64,000 nucleotides of DNA from Eledone cirrhosa (lineage: Eukaryota), in assembly GCA_964016885.1 (NCBI GenBank), contig OZ024740.1, forward strand, positions 280,550,001 through 280,614,000, read 5' to 3'. The translations under genes were made by a program, and so were the position numbers. This document shows positions 58,432 through 64,000 of the stretch, in pieces (within the stretch, counting starts at the first letter, position 1; every line of letters begins with the position of its first letter). The notes under the pieces are model-generated. The model saw only the letters and a list, made by a program, of their open reading frames with translations. It did no database searches and was not told where the DNA came from.

Positions 58432-58479
<48 letters not shown>

Positions 58480-59471
58480 GGAATCAACTCAGGTGTCATC
58501 AAAGAAACGTAAGTTATCATTTTCTTATTAACTAAATCTTTGGAAGCTCCTATACGTCCCTTTCATAAAGACTAGTTTTGTTTCAACATTTTCGTTTTCA
58601 AGAACTGCTCTACGTTTAATTTCATTTCACAACAGACATTTGAATTTCTTATCAATTCATTTGTATCGATAAATGTAATATGGATGCACTGTAAATACTT
58701 TCTTGAAGTTTAGATTTCTCATTAGTGACTTGAATATAGCTGGAATGCGGAATGATGTGTTTCAGAAAGGTTAATGAAATGAACGATAATTCAATAAGCT
58801 ATTAAAACAAAACCTGAGCCGATAATCTCATAATCCTGTCATAAACAGATATAGGATATTACACCACTCTTCAATACTTTGAACCTGAAATAATTTAATC
58901 AATAACTAATAACACTTACTTTATAATTAATGTGTAAAACATCCTTTGTAATTTTAGTATAGAGCGAATATAATAAGTTTCTTTGTTATTTGTAAATTAA
59001 CTAAGTTCATTAATCTCATTAATTACTAAATGATATGCTACTAATTCTTAACATATCTTCTAACATCCGTAAATGTTTGAACGTTGCATATTTCCAAACC
59101 TTTGTTACCATATTTCTAATGAAAGAATTTGAAACGATTTAGTAATATGACTAAATTTCTCATCATTAAACTGGTGTTGGAACATCGCAAAGGTTCTTAT
59201 ATAAATTAGGATGGGACGTTTTCAGATGAATATAAACACTTAAAAACAAACACTTTTGTATTGCAGAACTATTGTGAATAAAATGTAGCTTCATACTAAA
59301 ATATTTGGAAACATATAATTTCTTTTATGCATGTATTTTCTTACAGAAGTATGAATGTTTACCTAAAAAATTCTGCCTACGAAATTAATCTTTATCATTT
59401 TGATATTTACTCACAAATTCATTTGGAGACAATGTAAACTGTAACATATGAATATATCGTTTATTTTTCAG

Positions 59472-60035
59472 AATGTAGTGGTGGAGGTGCAAATGTAATA
59501 TTTGTCATGGACTCTTCAAGCAGTATATGGAGTGTTGATTATAGTAAACAGCTGGTATTCGTTCAAAATCTTATCGATAATTTTCATATTGGTACGCATG
59601 ATAAAGCCATACATGTGGGTGCTATTACATTCAGTGATGATGCTCATCTCGAGTTTTCTATCGATCAATACAATACAAGTGAAGATATTAAAGCAGCTGT
59701 TGGCAGGATTCCTTATCGAAGTGGTGTTACTAATACAGCAAAAGCTTTGAGATTAGTAAAACATGAGATAGAGTTAAAAGGAAACATCTACAGGGCTCCA
59801 TTTATTGTAGTTGTTATAACTGACGGACAGTCACGTAACCCCGAAGCGACAAGAAGGGCTGCAAATATTCTTCATGAACTTGGTGTCTATATTTATGCAA
59901 TCGGTGTTGGAAATAGCTATGATTTAAAGGAGTTGCAGGACATAGCCAGTGATGGTGATAACTACGTGCACGAAGTGGGAGACTATACTGAATTGGAAGG
60001 AATGGGGGAATTATTCGAAGAAATAACCTGCACAG
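59472..60035 (+). CDS. Internal exon (phase 1-1) encoding a vWA domain of a collagen-VI/matrilin-like matrix protein
   Basis: Acceptor tttttcag|AA and donor CAG|gtaaat; VIFVMDSSSSI (MIDAS DxSxS), GVTNTAKAL, VVITDGQS, IYAIGVG and ELQDIAS. Confidence 0.92.
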
Positions 60036-60190
60036 GTAAATATTTTATAGTACAGTTATCGCTATAATAAAATATAAGAATTAATATTATAGTCATTGCA
60101 AAGTTATAGCTTTATTGGATATACTTGAATTTCTCATGTTTATGTTAGTGTGACTGTGTATGTATGCATTTAAAGATATGCATATGCATT

Positions 60191-60224
<34 letters not shown>

Positions 60225-60348
60225 GTGTTTAATGCGTTGAAATGTCCAAGACCCCTAGTAGACAACTAATGAAGGAAAATTTTCTCCCGTTCTTGCTTTC
60301 CTCTTTTTATAAGTACACCTTATCCAGAAACTACACAGCCCGTTTATT

Positions 60349-60385
<37 letters not shown>

Positions 60386-60388
<3 letters not shown>

Positions 60389-60470
60389 AAAAGAGTCAGG
60401 ACCCCGGCGGCTGAGCTCCGGCTGTTTCGACAGCTAGATCCGAACGTCGGGTCCTGACTCTTTTCCTATT
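60386..60470. repeat. Hairpin at the end of a (TA)n-flanked module related to 19360-19470
   Basis: aggaaaagagtcaggaccc / gggtcctgactcttttcct; the adjacent sequence matches the reverse of 19360-19440. Confidence 0.7.
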
Positions 60471-60579
60471 ACCCACTCTACTACCCTAAGTATCGAGTAA
60501 GTACTCTGGTGCGTTATGGTCCACCTGGTATAGGTATATTACCACACCTTCATTGTTATATATATTGTTATATTCATTG

Positions 60580-60628
<49 letters not shown>

Positions 60629-60632
<4 letters not shown>

Positions 60633-60748
60633 TAAAATAACAGGAGGCTGGATTGGTGTAATTCCTTTAAAGGTTTATTATACTATGATCATAGTATAAT
60701 AAACCTTTCAAGGATTTACACCAGTCCAGCCTCCTGTTGTTTTATAAT
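60629..60748. repeat. Near-perfect ~120 bp palindrome next to (TA)n
   Basis: Centred on tgatca at about 60686-60691. Confidence 0.8.
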
Positions 60749-62498
60749 AATTAACTCCGTACTCGCACCACCAACTACACAAACGAATACGGGTGAGTTG
60801 CATTACGTTGAGTGCTCTCCATAATATTACATCGAGGTTGACCATACGGAATGACCAGTTCTATCCAGTGGTGCACCAACAAACCTATATATATATATAT
60901 TTAATACAATAACAGAGAAAGCTTTAAGCTAAACTCTGACTGGTAACCATCTCACTCAACAAACATTAGGATATACGTTAGTATAATCCCAATTTTGTGT
61001 TTGGGGTGCTAACTATATGTATTTTGTGGAAAGCCAGTTGCATTATTTTATATGAGATATAATTAAAGTTAAATATATATATATATGTATACGCGTGTGA
61101 ATATATTTTTTCTTATTTGTAATAAGAAAAAATATATTCACACATATATATATATATATGTATACGCGTGTGAATATATTTTTTCTTATTTGTAATACCG
61201 ATACCATGATTTCCCATGGACAATTACAGGTACTATATTTGTGATAGTTTTCATGCATTTATACATAAACACGATACCTCGAGAAAAATATCGTTAAAGT
61301 AGCATATATATACTTACCTCTCCTCTATTTTCCAGGTGGAATCGGTTCAAGTATGTGATATACAGCGGGTGTATATGAAAGCATATACGATATCTTTATT
61401 ATACGTAAAAAAGAAAATCATATCTGCTTTCATACACACCCCTATGACGAACCACGCTATGTTAATGTCACTTCTAATTATTTGATATATAAGGGTAAAA
61501 TGCTTGCAGTGTGTGTTTTAGTGATTGTTTGTGTATGTGTGCATATGTGCGTTCCAGTAAATGTCTTTTTTTCTATAAAAATACAAGATTAACTGTACAT
61601 TTTCATCAATTTACAAAGTAAATATTCATCACAGAAATAATAAAATTATAAATAGAATTTAAACACTTAATTCCCTATTAGAAACTAATATGTTTATGAA
61701 CAAACATTGCGTATGAATTTCGGACTTTCGAACATACGAAGCGCTGAGAAAATAAATTTATGGAAGATGTAGGATGCTCAAGCGCAAAACATAATTGCAG
61801 TCATTTAATATAAAATAGCTTATAAAAATCGAGTAAAGACCCCTAGAGACAGAAAAAGCGGGGGTTACGAGGAATAAAACTTCGTATCTTTCACATATCG
61901 ACTGAGTGCCCTCCCCATTGACCTAACAGAACCCTGACAACAACTTATCCTCAAAATTAAGGACCTGAATCAAGCAGCCTTTGAAAATGTGTGCAAAGCG
62001 TGAACTTGCGAACTTATTAAGTACTGAAAAATAAATTTACAGTTGTAGAATGCTCAAGCGCAGAAAACAACTGCAATTACAGTCAGTTACTATAAAATAC
62101 CTATTTTAATGCAACTGACTGTAATTGTAGCTATTTTCTGCGCTTGTAAATGCAGTTGTTTTCTACGCTTGAGCATCCTACACCTTCTTCAATTTATATT
62201 TCTAGGGACCCTACCTCTAACAAATCAATTGTAAGTTACAGAACACAATTTGTTTTTTCTGTACGATATAACGATACATAATATTAAATCAAATTCATTC
62301 ACTTGTTATTTAGTAGTTTTTCGCAAAGAGTTTATTGTAAAATATTTAGAAATCATCATTTGAATTTACATAAAAATATAAATTGATGACTAACTATATA
62401 GTGAAAAAGATAGATAAACATAAACAATTCTACAAATTTAAATGTTTGGGTTACATAAATACTAATTTTATTATTATAACGAATTGCTTCTATATTAG

Positions 62499-62681
62499 AT
62501 ATAACACCGAACCCACCAATTAAGCGACCAACTACCACTACTGCCGCCACCACTACTGCCACCACCACTACTGAAACAACCACTGAACCTACTACGGGAC
62601 CAAAAACTCAAATGCCGACCAGCACAATGGAACCTAAACCTGATAATATGTTCGGAGATCAACCTCCTAAACAGGAAACTC
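62499..62681 (+). CDS. Next exon (phase 1-1): Pro/Thr-rich mucin-like linker
   Basis: Acceptor tatattag|AT and donor C|gtaagt; in frame with the vWA exon: DITPNPPIKRPTTTTAATTTATTTTETTTEPTTGPKTQMPTSTMEPKPDNMFGDQPPKQET. Confidence 0.8.
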
Positions 62682-63874
62682 GTAAGTTGCATCTACTTTT
62701 CAGTGTTACAAATACAATAAATAATTGTTTCTACTTTTGGCACAAGGCCAGCAATTATTCTATTATATTACTGGTACTTTATTTTATCCACCCCGTAAGG
62801 ATGAAAGGCAAAGTGAACCTCGGCGGGATTTAAACTCAGACCATAAAGGGGCATAACTCTATGCTGCAAATCATGGCGTCCGACCTTCTACAATAAATAA
62901 TAAAAATAATTATTATTGGCTATTAAAGAAATCATTATTATACGGGAGTATGCGTGACATTCAGCTCGACTATATTCTCATCCACTCAAACCGATCTAAA
63001 GCGAGTGCTCTGAGTTTATCAACTTTCTTTTCGTAATGCTCTCTATACGTTTGATGAACCCTTTTCTTTGGCGGCCTCACCTGTTCTTGCTATTTTCTGG
63101 ATGATAGAGAACAAATCATGATACTGGACAGTTGTTTTCTCTTAGCCAATGCCATAAAGTTCTTAGCTCTTATGTGTAATAATTCTTGATCAGTGGCTAT
63201 CTGTTGACTATTTGTAAAATATCTTCATTTTGTTTACGTGGTCAGTCTGTTTAATATCGAGAATGTGCCTGTAGCAGGTGGTACCAAAAGAGGTTGGTGA
63301 CTGTCCATGACTTCCTAAAACAATATAGACAGGATGAGGGAGCCAAAGAAATGTAGTTTTAGATTTAGCGTAATGCTGGGTGTCTTCCATGTTTTGAAGT
63401 TGCCAGAATTTGTCAAGGTACTATCTTATATTCAAGTGATTCACAGGAACATTAACCATGTCAATCTCACCAATCTTGGAAAGCCTTCCAGATCAAACTA
63501 ATAAAAATATGTGACATTAGACTTAAAAAATAACGTAACAAGGAGCTATTATATTCGAATTACCATTTAGATTTTTTACACAAGGGTATTTCTAAAAATG
63601 AGATGAAATATCTACAGTCAAGAATCGAAACTAGGTCACCGCCGTTTGCTGCTACTTCAAAAAGAACAACATTCAATAGATTTAAATTAATGAAGTTCAC
63701 AAATAATATATTACATTTTGTAAAGTTTCTTTAACATGGTATAAATACTATTTCTCTAAATATGATCTTTTTGAACATGATGTGTAAAGGACTTATATTC
63801 AACTAGTTATTGAGGCCAATAACTAATTAAATTAATATTCCACATATATATATTTTTATCTCCTTTCGTTGCAG

Positions 63875-64000
63875 ATACTATTTCATTCGGATTTGATCTC
63901 ATTTCTCTCGGAATTCGTCAAGCTTACATGATATTGCAGTATATTTCCTACATACTTCCTTTAAATTACTATGGTAATTATTCTATTATATCCCAATATA
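63875..64000 (+). CDS. Probable following exon (partial), possibly a degenerate vWA domain
   Basis: Strong acceptor tctcctttcgttgcag; phase-1 frame is open to the window end: HTISFGFDLISLGIRQAYMILQYISYILP... Confidence 0.6.

Noticed and set aside
63000-63500. Possible decayed Penelope fragment
   Set aside because: No diagnostic motif could be recovered by eye.

Overview
Eukaryotic, AT-rich and dense in repeats, most likely an octopus (coleoid cephalopod) genome; this is inferred from an abundant SINE that I recall from Octopus. Most ORFs in the supplied track are microsatellite artefacts. The only host-gene signal is three phase-1 exons at the 3' end (+ strand): a vWA domain, a Pro/Thr-rich linker and a probable degenerate vWA domain, resembling a collagen-VI/matrilin-type matrix protein. 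The rest is mobile DNA: an intact R4/Dong-type retrotransposon ORF (53167-56559, -), degenerate R4/Dong copies in (CATA)n tracts, a Penelope-like element (PLE; RT + GIY-YIG), RTE fragments, a Tx1-like 3' fragment inside (TTA)n, two non-autonomous Helitrons, a Tc1/mariner relic and many SINEs. The strongest candidate for a new system lies mainly at 14-44 kb. About ten unrelated short non-coding modules, most flanked by (TA)n and many duplicated as fold-backs, each carry a type-I hammerhead ribozyme core, usually with a palindromic stem III. One of these modules forms the inverted terminal repeat of the coding PLE. A candidate HDV-like ribozyme marks an RTE-type 5' end. Different retroelement families also appear to occupy different microsatellites: (TA)n, (CATA)n and (TAA)n. 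All calls were made by eye and boundaries are approximate.
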